Below, piece after piece: positions 1-10,329 of a DNA stretch of 64,000 nucleotides. Origin of the DNA: an uncultured Chloroflexia bacterium. Lineage in GTDB: Bacteria; Chloroflexota; Limnocylindria; Limnocylindrales; CSP1-4. The notes below the pieces were generated by a model. That model was given only the letters and a program-made list of their open reading frames with translations. It was not told where the DNA came from and made no database searches. The DNA is taken from contig CAVVJT010000010.1 of NCBI GenBank assembly GCA_963748625.1, positions 960,001-1,024,000 of the forward strand, written 5' to 3'. The position numbers and the translations under genes were made by a program. Position 1 is the first letter of the stretch. Every line of letters begins with the position of its first letter.

Positions 1-137
1 ATGGAGGGTTTGGACGGTCCGGCTGGGGTGGCGCGACCGCTTCTGCCACTCCTTCGACCGTGACTGGCATTGCCGTGGCCGGGTGCGGGGCAGACGATCA
101 GCCCATCGATGCCTGCGCCCCGCCAGGAGTTGTTGTC

Positions 138-2313
138 ATGGCCTTCCCCAACCTGTTCAGCCCGCTCCAGATGGGGTCCCTCACGCTCCCCAACCGGATC
201 GTCCACGTGCCCACGGACATCAGCTCGTCCCATGCGGACGGCGAGGTGTCGGAGCGTGACCTCCACCACCACGGCAACATCGCCAAGGGCGGCACGGGCT
301 TCGTGATCGTGGGCGCCACCACGCCCGATGCGTCGACCGGCCGGCCGACGGTGACCTGCCTCGTGGCCGACGGCGACAACTACGTGCCGGGCCTCGCCCG
401 CCTGGCCGAGTCGATGCACCGCTACGGCGCCAAGTGCGCGGTCCAGCTGCAGCACCCGGGGCGCCAGTGCGCGATCCCCCGCTACAACACGCTGGGCGCC
501 ACCGACCGCGTGCTCAAGCTGCCGTGGTCCGCGGGCCACGAGATCGTCTACGAGAACGCCGAGGAGAAGGGCAAGGAGATCCGCGAGGCCTCGATCTCCG
601 AGATCCTGGAGCTCGTCGACCTGTTCTCCGAGGCCGCCTGGCGGGTCAAGCAGGCGGGCTTCGACGCCGTCGAACTGCATGCCGCGCACGGCTACCTGCT
701 GTCCGAGTTCATGTCGCCGTACCTGAACATGCGCACGGACCGCTTCGGCGGCTCGTTCGAGAACCGGATGCGGTTCCCGCTCGCGGTGATCGACGCGATC
801 AAGAAGAAGTGCGGCAAGGGCTACCCGATCCTCGTGCGTTACTCCTTCGAGGAGTGGTGCCCGGGCGGGCGCGACATGGAGGAGGGCCTCGAGACGGCGC
901 GCGTCCTGGAGCGGGCCGGCGTCGCGGCGCTCGACCTCTCGCAGGGCATGCAGGAGTCACCCGGCGCCGGCTTCGACCCGATGCAGTACCCGCAGGGCTG
1001 GGCGACGTACGCCGCCGAGGCGACCAAGCGCGTGGTGAAGATCCCGGTCATCACCTCGCACTCCCTCCGGGACCCGGAGTACTGCGAGCAGATCCTCGCC
1101 GAGGGCAAGACGGACTTGGTGGGCCTGGCGCGCCAGCTCCTCGCGGACCCGTACTGGCCGGTCAAGGCGAAGTACGGGAAGGTCAAGTCCATCCGCAAGT
1201 GCATCTCGTGCCTGGGCGGCTGCTGGCAGGAGTCGCTGATGGCCAAGCACGAGATCGCGTGCTCCATCAACGCGGCGTGCGGCAACCCGGCCTACGACTC
1301 GATGGCGCGAACCGGGCGCCCGGTCAAGGTGGCCGTCGTCGGCGGCGGGCCGGCCGGCATGGAGGCGGCGCGCATCGCCACCGAGCGCGGGCATGCCGGT
1401 CACGCTCTTCGAGCGCGAGGCGGAGCTCGGCGGGGCCATGAAGTACGTCTGCATGGTCCCGGGCAAGGAGAAGATGCGCTGGTACCTGGACTGGATCCGG
1501 GACCAGCTGCTGGACCTGGCCGTCGACATCCGGCTCTCGTGCACGCCGTCCGTGGACGACCTGCGCGGCTTCGACGTCGTGCTCAACGCCACCGGCGCCC
1601 GCTCGTTCGTGCCGCCCGTCGCGGGCGACGCGTCGCGCGTGGTCCCCTTCGAGGAAACGATGGCCTGCCCGAAGGTGTCCTGCGAGTGCCACCCCGGCGC
1701 CCGCAAGATGCGCAAGCTGGGCCAGCGCGTCCTGCTCTGGGGCGACCACTACGCCGCGACCGACACCGCCGCCTGGCTGGCCGACATCGGGCGGGACGTG
1801 ACCATCGTCACCGAGAACCGCGAGTTCGCCGCCGAGACCGAGGTCATCCACCTCTACGTGCTGCGCAAGCGGTTCAACCAGGGCGACGCCGAGGTCCTGT
1901 CGTCGCGGCCGTACAAGTTCCCCGTGAAGGTCATCACGTCCACCACCGTCGCCGAGATCGGCGAGGGCGGGCGTGTCGTGCTCCAGGATGCGTCGTTCAA
2001 CCGCTCCGAGATCGAGGTGGACGACATCGTCACCTGCCACGTCCGCGCGGAGGGCTCGTTCTTCGAGGAGCTGCTGGCCGCCGGCATCAACGTGCTCAAC
2101 GTGGGCGACTCGGTCCGGCCGCGGAACCTGTACCACGCGGTCAAGGAGGGCTCGGCGTTCGGCATGGCCGTGGACGAGCACCTGCTGTTCAACCCCAACG
2201 GCGCGATCCTCGACGATCTCCCCCTCGACGTGCTGGCCCAGCTGACCCGCGACGACGGGCCGAGCTACACGGCCAAGCGGATGGAAGAGCTCATGGCGGC
2301 CGCCGCGCGGTAG
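138..2313 (+). CDS. OYE-family NADH:flavin oxidoreductase with Fe-S and FAD domains (dienoyl-CoA/enoate reductase-like); +1 frameshift near 1397
   Basis: ATG 138 after AGGAG; GFDAVELHAAHGYLLSEF..RTDRFGGSFENR; CISCLGGC..C; VVGGGPAG; C-terminal part continues in ORF 1393..2313. Confidence 0.85.
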
Positions 2314-2536
2314 CCCCCGACACGGGGTGGCGGCCACGCCCCCTCCCCTTCCACGTATCTCGCTTCTCCCGCTTCTCTCGCTTCTCCCGCCTCTCCCGCC
2401 GGGCACCGCACCCCCCCGATGCCCGGCCTCATGCCCGGGCCGCCGGTATCCCCCCACCGGCGGCCCGGGCCCTTGCTTGTCCGGGTCCAGAAGCGTGCGG
2501 CGGGAGGGTCGGTTTCAGCGGGCTTGACGGTTGCCG

Positions 2537-2692
2537 CCGCCTCCCGCTGGGCGGGCCTTGTGTGCGGAATCCGGTGCAGACGTGCCGCTGGGCGGGAGGA
2601 ACCCGCCGAATCGGGGCCGATCCGGACCTGGCCAGCCACTGGGCGGGAAGGGTGTGCGGAGTCCAGCACACAAGGCCCGGTGGGCGGGCGGC
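2537..2692. repeat. Palindromic intergenic element family B, copy 1
   Basis: 13-bp inverted repeat GGGCCTTGTGTGC (2553-2565)/GCACACAAGGCCC (2666-2678); colinear with 55534-55690. Confidence 0.75.
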
Positions 2693-2750
2693 GACGTCCA
2701 AGTGGCGAGGGGCGACGGACCGCCGAGCACCGCCGCGGCCCGGCGAGGAC

Positions 2751-3482
2751 CTACCGCTCCTCCACTTCGAAGCGGACGTCCAGGGCGTACCGGTCGCCCG
2801 GGTAGCGCGACTCGGTCGCCTCGATCGGGCGTCCCTGGGGGTCCGTGATCACGCGCCGCTCCACCAAGAGCGGCGTCCCGCCGCGCACGCCGAGGAGGCG
2901 CATGTCGTCGGGCCCGGCGGCCTCGGCGGAGATCGTCGCGTTGCCGCGTCGCAGGTTGAACCCCGCCCGCCCGAGCGCCGCGTGCAGCGAGCCCGCCTCC
3001 AGGTCCGCGGACATGACGACATCGGCCGTCCGCCGCACCAGCGTCGCCGTCTCCAGCGCAACCGGCTCGCCGTCCGCAAGCCGCAGGCGACGCACCACCA
3101 CCACAGGCTCCGTCACGCGCAGGCCCAGGAACGACGCCTCGGACGCGGACGCGGGCCGGATCTCGCGCCCCAGCAGCCGCGAGGAGGGCACCCGCCCCAG
3201 CCGCTCCATCTCGTGCGAGAAGGCCATCAGCCGGTCCGCGTGCCGGTGCGCCGGCGGCGCCACGGTGAACGTCCCCCGCCCCGGGATCCGCTCCACGAGG
3301 CCATCCTCGGCCAGGCGCTGCATCGCGTTCCGTGCCGTCATCCTTGACACGCCGAACTCCCGGCACAGCTCCTCGTCGGACGGCAGCCGCTCGCCCGGCG
3401 CCAGCCCCGCGACCCGGTCCCGCAGCGCCAGCTCGATCTGGCGGTACTGCGGCAGCCACGTGGTGCCGATGACGGCGTTCAC
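2751..3482 (-). CDS. GntR/HutC-family regulator with UTRA domain
   Basis: PGERLPSDEELCREFGVSRMTARNAM wHTH and UTRA-like C-terminus. Confidence 0.92.
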   Translation of the reverse strand: MNAVIGTTWLPQYRQIELALRDRVAGLAPGERLPSDEELCREFGVSRMTARNAMQRLAEDGLVERIPGRGTFTVAPPAHRHADRLMAFSHEMERLGRVPSSRLLGREIRPASASEASFLGLRVTEPVVVVRRLRLADGEPVALETATLVRRTADVVMSADLEAGSLHAALGRAGFNLRRGNATISAEAAGPDDMRLLGVRGGTPLLVERRVITDPQGRPIEATESRYPGDRYALDVRFEVEER

Positions 3483-3547
3483 GCGGTGCCCCCGGCGGTC
3501 AGCATCCGACGAGACCGGTCAGCATCGGAAGACTCCGGCGGTCAACA

Positions 3548-4591
3548 TCACACCAGCCCGGCGCGTTCCGCACCGTGGACGGCGGCGCCCATGGATCCCG
3601 CCCACGTCCCCAGCTCGGCCGCCACCAGTTCCACCTGTTCGGGTGCCGTGGTCTTCACGCGACGCGCGATCTCGGCGCGGATCGGCCCGAACACCAGTTC
3701 ACCCGCCTGCGCCACGCCGCCGCCCAGGACCACCTTGTCCGGCGAGATGACCGTGATCATGTTCGCGATGCCGATGCCCAGGTACCGGCCCCAGTCAGCC
3801 AGGCCCTGGAGCGCCCGCTCGTCGCCCGCCTGCGCGGCCCGGACCGCCTCCTCCGCGGTGGCCGTCCCGCACGACGCCGACAGCTGGTCCGCGCGGCAGT
3901 AGGCCTCCAGGCAGCCGCGGTTCCCGCAGCCGCACCACGGCCCGTCCGGATCGATCGTCTGGTGGCCGATCTCGCCCGCGGTCCCGTCGTGCCCCTGGTG
4001 GACGCGCCCGTCGATGGCCAGCACGCCCCCAACGCCCGTCCCAAGCGTGAGCCCGATCATCGACCGCGCTCCCCGCCCCGCGCCCAGCCGGAGCTCGGCC
4101 AGGCCGAAGGCCCGTGCGTCGTTGATGAGGAAGGCGGGCACGCCCACGGCGGCCGCCACGGGCGGTGCGACGGGATGTCCCAGCCACGGTCCCGGCACGT
4201 TGACAAGGAACCGGATTGCGCCGGTCTCGGGGTCGTAGAGACCGGGCACGCCGATGCCGACGCTGCCGACGGGGCCGCAGCGCCCAATGGCCGCCTGCGC
4301 GACCTCGGCCAGCTGGGCCGTGACGACCGTCGGCACCTCCGCAGCAGGAACATCCAGCCGGGTGGGCACGCTGTCGCGATCCACCATCGACCAGGTGCCG
4401 GCATCGTGCTCCACGACGGCCCACTTGAGGTTCGTGCCCCCGAGGTCCAGCCCCAGGTGGCGGGTGGGCCGGCCCCCCCCGCTGCCGCCGTCGCCCGCCC
4501 CGGTGCCGCCGTCGCCCGCCCCGGTGCCGCCGTCGGCTTGACCCTCGACCATCCCGGTGCCACCGTCGCCCACGCCGCCGTCGTCCCCCAC
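3548..4591 (-). CDS. ROK-family sugar kinase
   Basis: LGLDLGGT, NDARAFGLAE, TLGTGVGG, GEIGH..CGCGNRGCLE; no HTH. Confidence 0.9.
   Translation of the reverse strand: MGDDGGVGDGGTGMVEGQADGGTGAGDGGTGAGDGGSGGGRPTRHLGLDLGGTNLKWAVVEHDAGTWSMVDRDSVPTRLDVPAAEVPTVVTAQLAEVAQAAIGRCGPVGSVGIGVPGLYDPETGAIRFLVNVPGPWLGHPVAPPVAAAVGVPAFLINDARAFGLAELRLGAGRGARSMIGLTLGTGVGGVLAIDGRVHQGHDGTAGEIGHQTIDPDGPWCGCGNRGCLEAYCRADQLSASCGTATAEEAVRAAQAGDERALQGLADWGRYLGIGIANMITVISPDKVVLGGGVAQAGELVFGPIRAEIARRVKTTAPEQVELVAAELGTWAGSMGAAVHGAERAGLV
4483..4570. repeat. 21-nt tandem repeat encoding a Gly-rich N-terminal extension of the ROK kinase
   Basis: TGCCGCCGTCGCCCGCCCCGG twice plus partial copies. Confidence 0.75.
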
Positions 4592-4592
4592 G

Positions 4593-5591
4593 TCAGCCTT
4601 CGGCGGTGACGCGGGTGTAGGCCGCTGCCACGATCACGATGATCGAGCCGAAGAAGATCTGGCGGACCGGCTCCGGGAACCCGAGCACGGTCAGCAGTGA
4701 CGAGAGCACCGTGAGGATCAGCGCGCCCACGATCGTACCGGCGAACCCGCCGCGGCCGCCCATGATCGACGTCCCGCCGATGACCGCCGCGGCGACCGAG
4801 GGCAGCACGTCCCTGTCGGCCAGGTTCACGTTGGCCACGTTGGTCAGGCCCGAGATCATGAACCCGGCGATCCCGGCCAGCAGGGCCGAGATCACGTACA
4901 GCACCACGATCACCTGCCACGAGCGCGCGCCCGCGAGCCGGGACGCGATCGGGTTGTCGCCGATGGCGTACAGCTGGCGTCCGTAGCCGGTCCGCTTGAG
5001 CATGAAGAAGATCAGGATCGCCAGCGGGATCCAGATGATGAGGCTGTAGGGCAGGACCTCGAACAGCGTCTCCGAGCCGATCGTGCGGAACAGCGGCGGC
5101 ACGCCGGCCCCCGTCTTGACGAAGATCCGCTGCCAGACGTTGGCGAAGCCCAGGATGATCAGGCTCATGCCCAGGGTCATGATCAGCGGATGGACCCGGA
5201 ACACGCCGATGCCGATGCCGGTGATGACGCCCGCGAGGGCCGCCGCCGCCAGGGCGATGAGCATGGCCGGGATCAGGCCCTGCGAGCCCACGAGCGTCGC
5301 CACCATGAACCCGGTCAGCGAGGCGACCGCACCCACGGACAGGTCGATGCCGCCGGTGAGGAACGTGATCGTCTGGCAGGCACCCAGGATCGACAGCGGG
5401 ATGGCGGCCCGGATGATCACCCCCATCCAGTTGGCCGTAATGGTCTCCGGCCGGACGAGGAAGATGACGAGGACCAGGAGCCCCAGCAGGCCGAACAGGG
5501 GGATGATCGGCCGGTCACGCAGCAGGCCGCGCAGGCCGGTGGAACGCATCCCGGCATGGACCTCGGGCGCGGGGAGGGGTGCGGCGGTCAT
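4593..5591 (-). CDS. Sugar ABC transporter permease (RbsC-like)
   Basis: GGIDLSVG, YAIGDN, AAVIGGTS motifs; ATG 5591 overlaps upstream stop. Confidence 0.92.
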   Translation of the reverse strand: MTAAPLPAPEVHAGMRSTGLRGLLRDRPIIPLFGLLGLLVLVIFLVRPETITANWMGVIIRAAIPLSILGACQTITFLTGGIDLSVGAVASLTGFMVATLVGSQGLIPAMLIALAAAALAGVITGIGIGVFRVHPLIMTLGMSLIILGFANVWQRIFVKTGAGVPPLFRTIGSETLFEVLPYSLIIWIPLAILIFFMLKRTGYGRQLYAIGDNPIASRLAGARSWQVIVVLYVISALLAGIAGFMISGLTNVANVNLADRDVLPSVAAAVIGGTSIMGGRGGFAGTIVGALILTVLSSLLTVLGFPEPVRQIFFGSIIVIVAAAYTRVTAEG

Positions 5592-6604
5592 GCGCGGGAC
5601 CTCCGGATCTCGACGAACGAGCCGATCATGACCACCCCGATGAGGATGACGCCCTGGAGCACGGTGGCGAGGTTGGAGTCGAGCTTGAGGAACGTCATGT
5701 CGGTCCGGATCATCTGGAGGACCATGACGCCCACGATCGGGCCGAAGACACCGCCGCGGCCGCCGGCGAGGCTGACCCCGCCCAGGACGATCGCAGCCAC
5801 GCTCATCAGCGTGTACGGACCGGGCACCGGGGTGCCGATGCCTGTGGTGGCGGTGAGCGAGAGCCCGCCCAGCGCCGCGAACAGGCCCATGAGCATGTAG
5901 GCCGCGACCCGCGTGGGGCCGACACGCACGCCGGAGCGGAAGGCTGCCACCCGGTGGCTGCCGATCGCGTAGATGGACAGGCCCAGGCGGCTGCGGCTGA
6001 TCGGCAGCCAGATCACGGCGACCACGACCACCAGCACGACCGCGGCCTTGGGGATCCACTCGTTGAGCAGTGGACCGGCGACGAGGTCCTTGAGCCAGTC
6101 CGCGGAGGCACCACCTGGACGCTGGAGCACGAGCAGCGCCGCACCCGCCCAGACGAAGGACATCGCCAGGGTGACCACGATGTCGGGCACCCGGGTGATC
6201 ACCACGACCGCGCCGTTGACCAGACCGATGAGCATGCCCAGCACGAGCACGCCCAGCACGATGGCGATCGACAGGCCTTCCGCGGAGTCAGGCGAACCGT
6301 CGATCGCCTGCTTCATGAGCGAAGCCGAGACGACGCTGGTGAGGGCCATGACCGAGCCGATCGAGAGGTCGATGCCGCCGGAGATGACCACGATGGCCTG
6401 GCCGACGGCAGCGAGCGCGAGCGGCAGGACGGCGATCCCCAGGTTCTGGATGCCGGTCGCGCCGTAGGTGGGGTTGATGAGCTTGGTGAAGACCAGCAGG
6501 ACGCCGAGGAAACCCAGCAGCCCGATCGTCCAGGCGTTGTTGCGCAGGAGCGTCGCGAGCGGGTTGGCCCGCGGCACGACGACGACGGGGACGGCGGCGG
6601 TCAT
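5588..6604 (-). CDS. Sugar ABC transporter permease (RbsC-like)
   Basis: GGIDLSIG, YAIGS, AAIVLGGVSLAGGRG motifs. Confidence 0.92.
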   Translation of the reverse strand: MTAAVPVVVVPRANPLATLLRNNAWTIGLLGFLGVLLVFTKLINPTYGATGIQNLGIAVLPLALAAVGQAIVVISGGIDLSIGSVMALTSVVSASLMKQAIDGSPDSAEGLSIAIVLGVLVLGMLIGLVNGAVVVITRVPDIVVTLAMSFVWAGAALLVLQRPGGASADWLKDLVAGPLLNEWIPKAAVVLVVVVAVIWLPISRSRLGLSIYAIGSHRVAAFRSGVRVGPTRVAAYMLMGLFAALGGLSLTATTGIGTPVPGPYTLMSVAAIVLGGVSLAGGRGGVFGPIVGVMVLQMIRTDMTFLKLDSNLATVLQGVILIGVVMIGSFVEIRRSRA

Positions 6605-8172
6605 CGGTCACCCTCCGGCTGGACGGGCGCTGCAGGGTCGGCCGGCGGGTGTGGTGCGTCCGCGGCCGCCAGCTCGGGTATCACCGCGTCGGACTTCAGG
6701 TTGTAGGCGGCACGCAGCAGCGTGGGCTCGTCGGCCTCGGCGACCGGGATCTCGGCCACCAGGTGCCCGTTGAAGATCACGATCGCCCGGTCGCAGGCGA
6801 GCTGGATCTCCTTGAGCTCCGAGGTGTAGAGCAGGACCGCCGCCCCGGCCTCCGCGAGGTCGCGGAGCAGGACGTAGATCTGCTGCTTGGTCCGGATGTC
6901 GATGCCACGCGTGGGGTCGAAGCAGAGCATGGTCGTCACGCCACCCGCGACCCAGCGGGCGATCGTGACCTTCTGCTGGTTGCCGCCGGACAGGCGGCGG
7001 ACCTCGCCCTGGGCGCGGGTGTCGATCTGGAGCGTCTCGATCGCCCCGTCCACCAGCTTCTTCTCGCGGCCGCGGCGGATCGGGCCCCAGGCGCCCAGGC
7101 GCGTGGTGAACGGGAGCGCGATGTTGTCCCGCACCGACTGCTGCATCAGGAGCGCCTCGGCGCGGTCGGCGGGCACGTAGACCAGGCCCGCGCGGATCGC
7201 GTCGGCCGGGTGGTGGAACGTGACCGGCTTCCCGTCGATCTCGAGGGTGCCGCCCTTGGCCCGCGAGGATCCCGACAGGATGTCGAACAGCTCGTCCTGG
7301 CCCTGGCCCTCCAGCGCGACCACGCCCAGGACCTCGCCCGGGTACAGGTCGAACGACACGTCCTGGAGCTTGGCGCCGAGCGCGAGGTTGCGGGCGGCGA
7401 CGCGCGGGGCGGCGCCCGACGCGCGCACGGCGGCCGCGCGGTCCACGACCGTCTCCATGTCCTTGACCACCTGGCCGAGCATCAGCTCGACGATGCGTTC
7501 CTCGGAGCCCGCGGTGACGTCCACGACGCCCACCGTCTCGCCCTCGCGCAGGACCGTCGCGCGGTCACAGACGGCGGCGATCTCGATCAGGCGGTGGGAG
7601 ATGAAGATGACGGAGCGGTCCGTGCCTCGCGTGCGTCCCACCACCTCGAGCACCCGCTCGGTGAGGTTGGCGGGGAGGGCGGCCGTCATCTCGTCGAGCA
7701 TGAGGATGTCCGGCTCGATCGCGAGGCCGCGCGCAAGGTCGATGATGCGCAGCGTGGCCAGCGGCAGCCGTCGGGCCAGCGTCATCATGTCCAGCCCCTC
7801 GAGGCCCAGCTCCGCAAGCCAGTGGCGGAACGGCTCGACCGGGGTCTCGGTGAGACGCAGGTTGGAGCGGATGTCCAGGTCCGGGATCAGCGCCGGCTCC
7901 TGGTACACGGACACGAGGCCGCCGCGGCGCGCCTCGCCCGGGCTGTGCACAACACGCGGCCGGCCGCGCACGGCAAGCGACCCGCTGTCGGGGTGGATGT
8001 TGCCGGTGAGGATCTTGACGAACGTGCTCTTGCCCGCGCCGTTGGCGCCCATCAGGGCATGCACCTCGCCGGGACGGACCGCGAGGGACGCGTTCTTGAG
8101 CGCGACGACCGCACCGAAGGCCTTCGAGATGCCGGTCGCCTCGAGGAGCAGGTCCGTGGTCGTCGCGGTCAT
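6601..8172 (-). CDS. Sugar ABC transporter ATPase with two NBDs (RbsA-like)
   Basis: GANGAGKS Walker A; LSGGNQQK signature. Confidence 0.93.
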   Translation of the reverse strand: MTATTTDLLLEATGISKAFGAVVALKNASLAVRPGEVHALMGANGAGKSTFVKILTGNIHPDSGSLAVRGRPRVVHSPGEARRGGLVSVYQEPALIPDLDIRSNLRLTETPVEPFRHWLAELGLEGLDMMTLARRLPLATLRIIDLARGLAIEPDILMLDEMTAALPANLTERVLEVVGRTRGTDRSVIFISHRLIEIAAVCDRATVLREGETVGVVDVTAGSEERIVELMLGQVVKDMETVVDRAAAVRASGAAPRVAARNLALGAKLQDVSFDLYPGEVLGVVALEGQGQDELFDILSGSSRAKGGTLEIDGKPVTFHHPADAIRAGLVYVPADRAEALLMQQSVRDNIALPFTTRLGAWGPIRRGREKKLVDGAIETLQIDTRAQGEVRRLSGGNQQKVTIARWVAGGVTTMLCFDPTRGIDIRTKQQIYVLLRDLAEAGAAVLLYTSELKEIQLACDRAIVIFNGHLVAEIPVAEADEPTLLRAAYNLKSDAVIPELAAADAPHPPADPAAPVQPEGDR

Positions 8173-8197
8173 GGGGCCTCGAACTGGATGGGGATGT

Positions 8198-8229
8198 GGT
8201 GAGGGTGCCGGAGAACCGGCACCCTCACC
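8198..8229 (-). terminator. Perfect 14-bp stem-loop between binding-protein and ATPase genes (mRNA stabiliser or partial terminator)
   Basis: GGTGAGGGTGCCGG-AGAA-CCGGCACCCTCACC. Confidence 0.7.
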
Positions 8230-8250
8230 GTGGTCAGAACCTGGGGAGGT

Positions 8251-9441
8251 CTACTCGCCCGGGCCCTTGCAGGCGATGGCCTGCTCCGGGGTGTAGGTCG
8301 TCCAGCCGTCGATCAGCAGGCCGAGGGGCCAGTTCGGATCGAGGCCGTCGACCTGCCAGGAGGCAAGCAGGGCCTTGCCCTCGTCGGACGCGTTGTCCGC
8401 GACGACCGGGACCAGGAGGACGGTGTTCGGCTTCTCGGCGGTGGGATCGGTGTCGACCGTCTCACCGTCGAGGAGCTTGAGGGCGAGGTTGACGCCCGCG
8501 CCGCCGACGGCCGCGGTGTTGGTCACCGCCGCGCCCTTGAGGCCCGGGTAGTCAGTCTCGTTGAGGAGCTGGCCGACGAACGCGCCGAGGTCGGCGCCGA
8601 CGATCGGCACGAAGTCCTTCTTGGCGGCCTTGATCGCGTCAACGATCTGGCTGTCGATGCCGGAGGTCCAGATGCCGCCGATGTCGTCATACCCGCCGGA
8701 GGCGATGAAGTCGTTGATCAGCTGCGTGCCCACGGCCGGATCCCAACCGGTGGCGACGCCGTCGGCGTTCGGGAGAACCTCGATGCCGGGGAACTCGGCG
8801 AGTGCCTTCTGGAAGCCGATGTGGCGGTCGTTGTCGGCCGGGTGGCCTGCGAGACCGCGCATGTAGTAGACCTTGCCAGCGCCGCCCATCTGCTCGAACA
8901 GCCACTTGGCGCCGAGGTAGGCGTAGTTGACCTGGTTGTTGTACAGGTTGTACGCGCTGTCGTTGTTGACGTACGCGTCGACGGAGACGACCGGGATCCC
9001 GGCGGCCTTCGCCTCGTCGATGGCCGGATTGAGGGCGTCGGCGTCATTGGGGTTGACGACGATCGCGTTCACGCCGGCGGCGATGAGGTCGCGCATGTCC
9101 TGGAGCTGGCCGGCCGCATCGGTGTTCCGGCTGATGAGGTTCAGCTCGGACACCTGGCCGGAGGCGAGCGCCTCGGCCTTGGCGGTGCACATCTGCTCCT
9201 CGCGGAAGCCGTTGCCGACGCCGCCGCCGTTGCTGTAGCCGATCTTCCAGGTCGTGGCTGCCGGCTCCTCGGTCGGGGCCTCGGTCGCGGCCGGAGCCTC
9301 GGTCGCTGCCGGGGCCTCGGTCGCTGCCGGAGCCTCGGTCGCTGCCGGGGCCGTGGTGGCCGCGGTGCCGCCGCACGCGGCGACGATGATCGCCATCGCG
9401 CTGATGGCGAGGGCGGCGCGAGCCTTACCCATCTTCTTCAT
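8251..9441 (-). CDS. Sugar ABC substrate-binding lipoprotein
   Basis: ATG after AGGAGG; lipobox IVAAC; APAATE-repeat linker; periplasmic binding protein type I motifs. Confidence 0.9.
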   Translation of the reverse strand: MKKMGKARAALAISAMAIIVAACGGTAATTAPAATEAPAATEAPAATEAPAATEAPTEEPAATTWKIGYSNGGGVGNGFREEQMCTAKAEALASGQVSELNLISRNTDAAGQLQDMRDLIAAGVNAIVVNPNDADALNPAIDEAKAAGIPVVSVDAYVNNDSAYNLYNNQVNYAYLGAKWLFEQMGGAGKVYYMRGLAGHPADNDRHIGFQKALAEFPGIEVLPNADGVATGWDPAVGTQLINDFIASGGYDDIGGIWTSGIDSQIVDAIKAAKKDFVPIVGADLGAFVGQLLNETDYPGLKGAAVTNTAAVGGAGVNLALKLLDGETVDTDPTAEKPNTVLLVPVVADNASDEGKALLASWQVDGLDPNWPLGLLIDGWTTYTPEQAIACKGPGE

Positions 9442-9531
9442 GAACTGTCTCCTCCTGGTGGCGGCCGGGGGCTCCGACGTGGAGCAAGGTCCGCCAACGA
9501 TCACCCATCGAGCTGCTCGGTCTCTCCGGCG

Positions 9532-10329
9532 TCACCCACCTCCTGTCTGGTCGATCGCACGGGCGAGACGCCGCGCATGCTCTCGATAGGCTGCATCGAA
9601 CAGCTCCCGGGACCGCTCGGCGCCCACCGCGCTCGCGCGCGTGATCACCGGTGGCATGGCCCCGCGCTCCACGAGGAGCTCGGCGGTCCGGGACTTGATG
9701 GCGTTGACAATGGCGACCGCGCCCACGGTGGACAGCGGGCCGACGGGACTGTCCAACCCGACCAGTGAGACCGTGGCGTCATGGACCGGGGAGCACAGGT
9801 CCAGCACCAGGTCAGCCTCCTCCAGCAGGCGCCGCCCGGCGGCGGGCTCAGGCTCGGCAGAGAGGGACTGGGCGACGGACGTGACGGCGATGACCTTCAG
9901 ACCGCGGACCTTCGCGCCACGGGCCATCTCGACGGGCACCGCGGTGAGGCCCCCGGCTGAGAATACGATCATCACGTCGTTCGCGCCGAACCTGAAGTTG
10001 CCCAGGATCACCTCGGCGAGGCCCGGCATCCGCTCGATGAACATCGCCTGGCGCTGGCCGTTGGCACCCACCACCTGGGTGTGGAACGTCATCGACAGCT
10101 CGGCGATGGGATTGAAGCCCGGGTAGGAGCCGTACCGCGGGAACATCTCCTCCACGGGGATCCGGGAGTGCCCCGTGCCGAAGAGGTGGACGAGGCCGTC
10201 GGTGGCGATCGCCTCGGCGCACCACTGGCTCGCCGTCTCGATGCCTGAGGCCTGGGTCTCCGCAACGCGCGCCAGCACGGCCGCCGCATCGGCGAGCCAC
10301 CTGGCGGCCGCGTTCGGAGCGGTCATCAT
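9532..10329 (-). CDS. SIS-domain sugar isomerase-like protein
   Basis: LVHLFGTGHS, IVFSAGG, VIAVTS. Confidence 0.85.
   Translation of the reverse strand: MMTAPNAAARWLADAAAVLARVAETQASGIETASQWCAEAIATDGLVHLFGTGHSRIPVEEMFPRYGSYPGFNPIAELSMTFHTQVVGANGQRQAMFIERMPGLAEVILGNFRFGANDVMIVFSAGGLTAVPVEMARGAKVRGLKVIAVTSVAQSLSAEPEPAAGRRLLEEADLVLDLCSPVHDATVSLVGLDSPVGPLSTVGAVAIVNAIKSRTAELLVERGAMPPVITRASAVGAERSRELFDAAYREHARRLARAIDQTGGG

Noticed and set aside
60-3347. 1095-aa ORF
   Set aside because: Frameshift read-through; sequence after ~residue 446 is an Arg/Pro-rich shadow frame.
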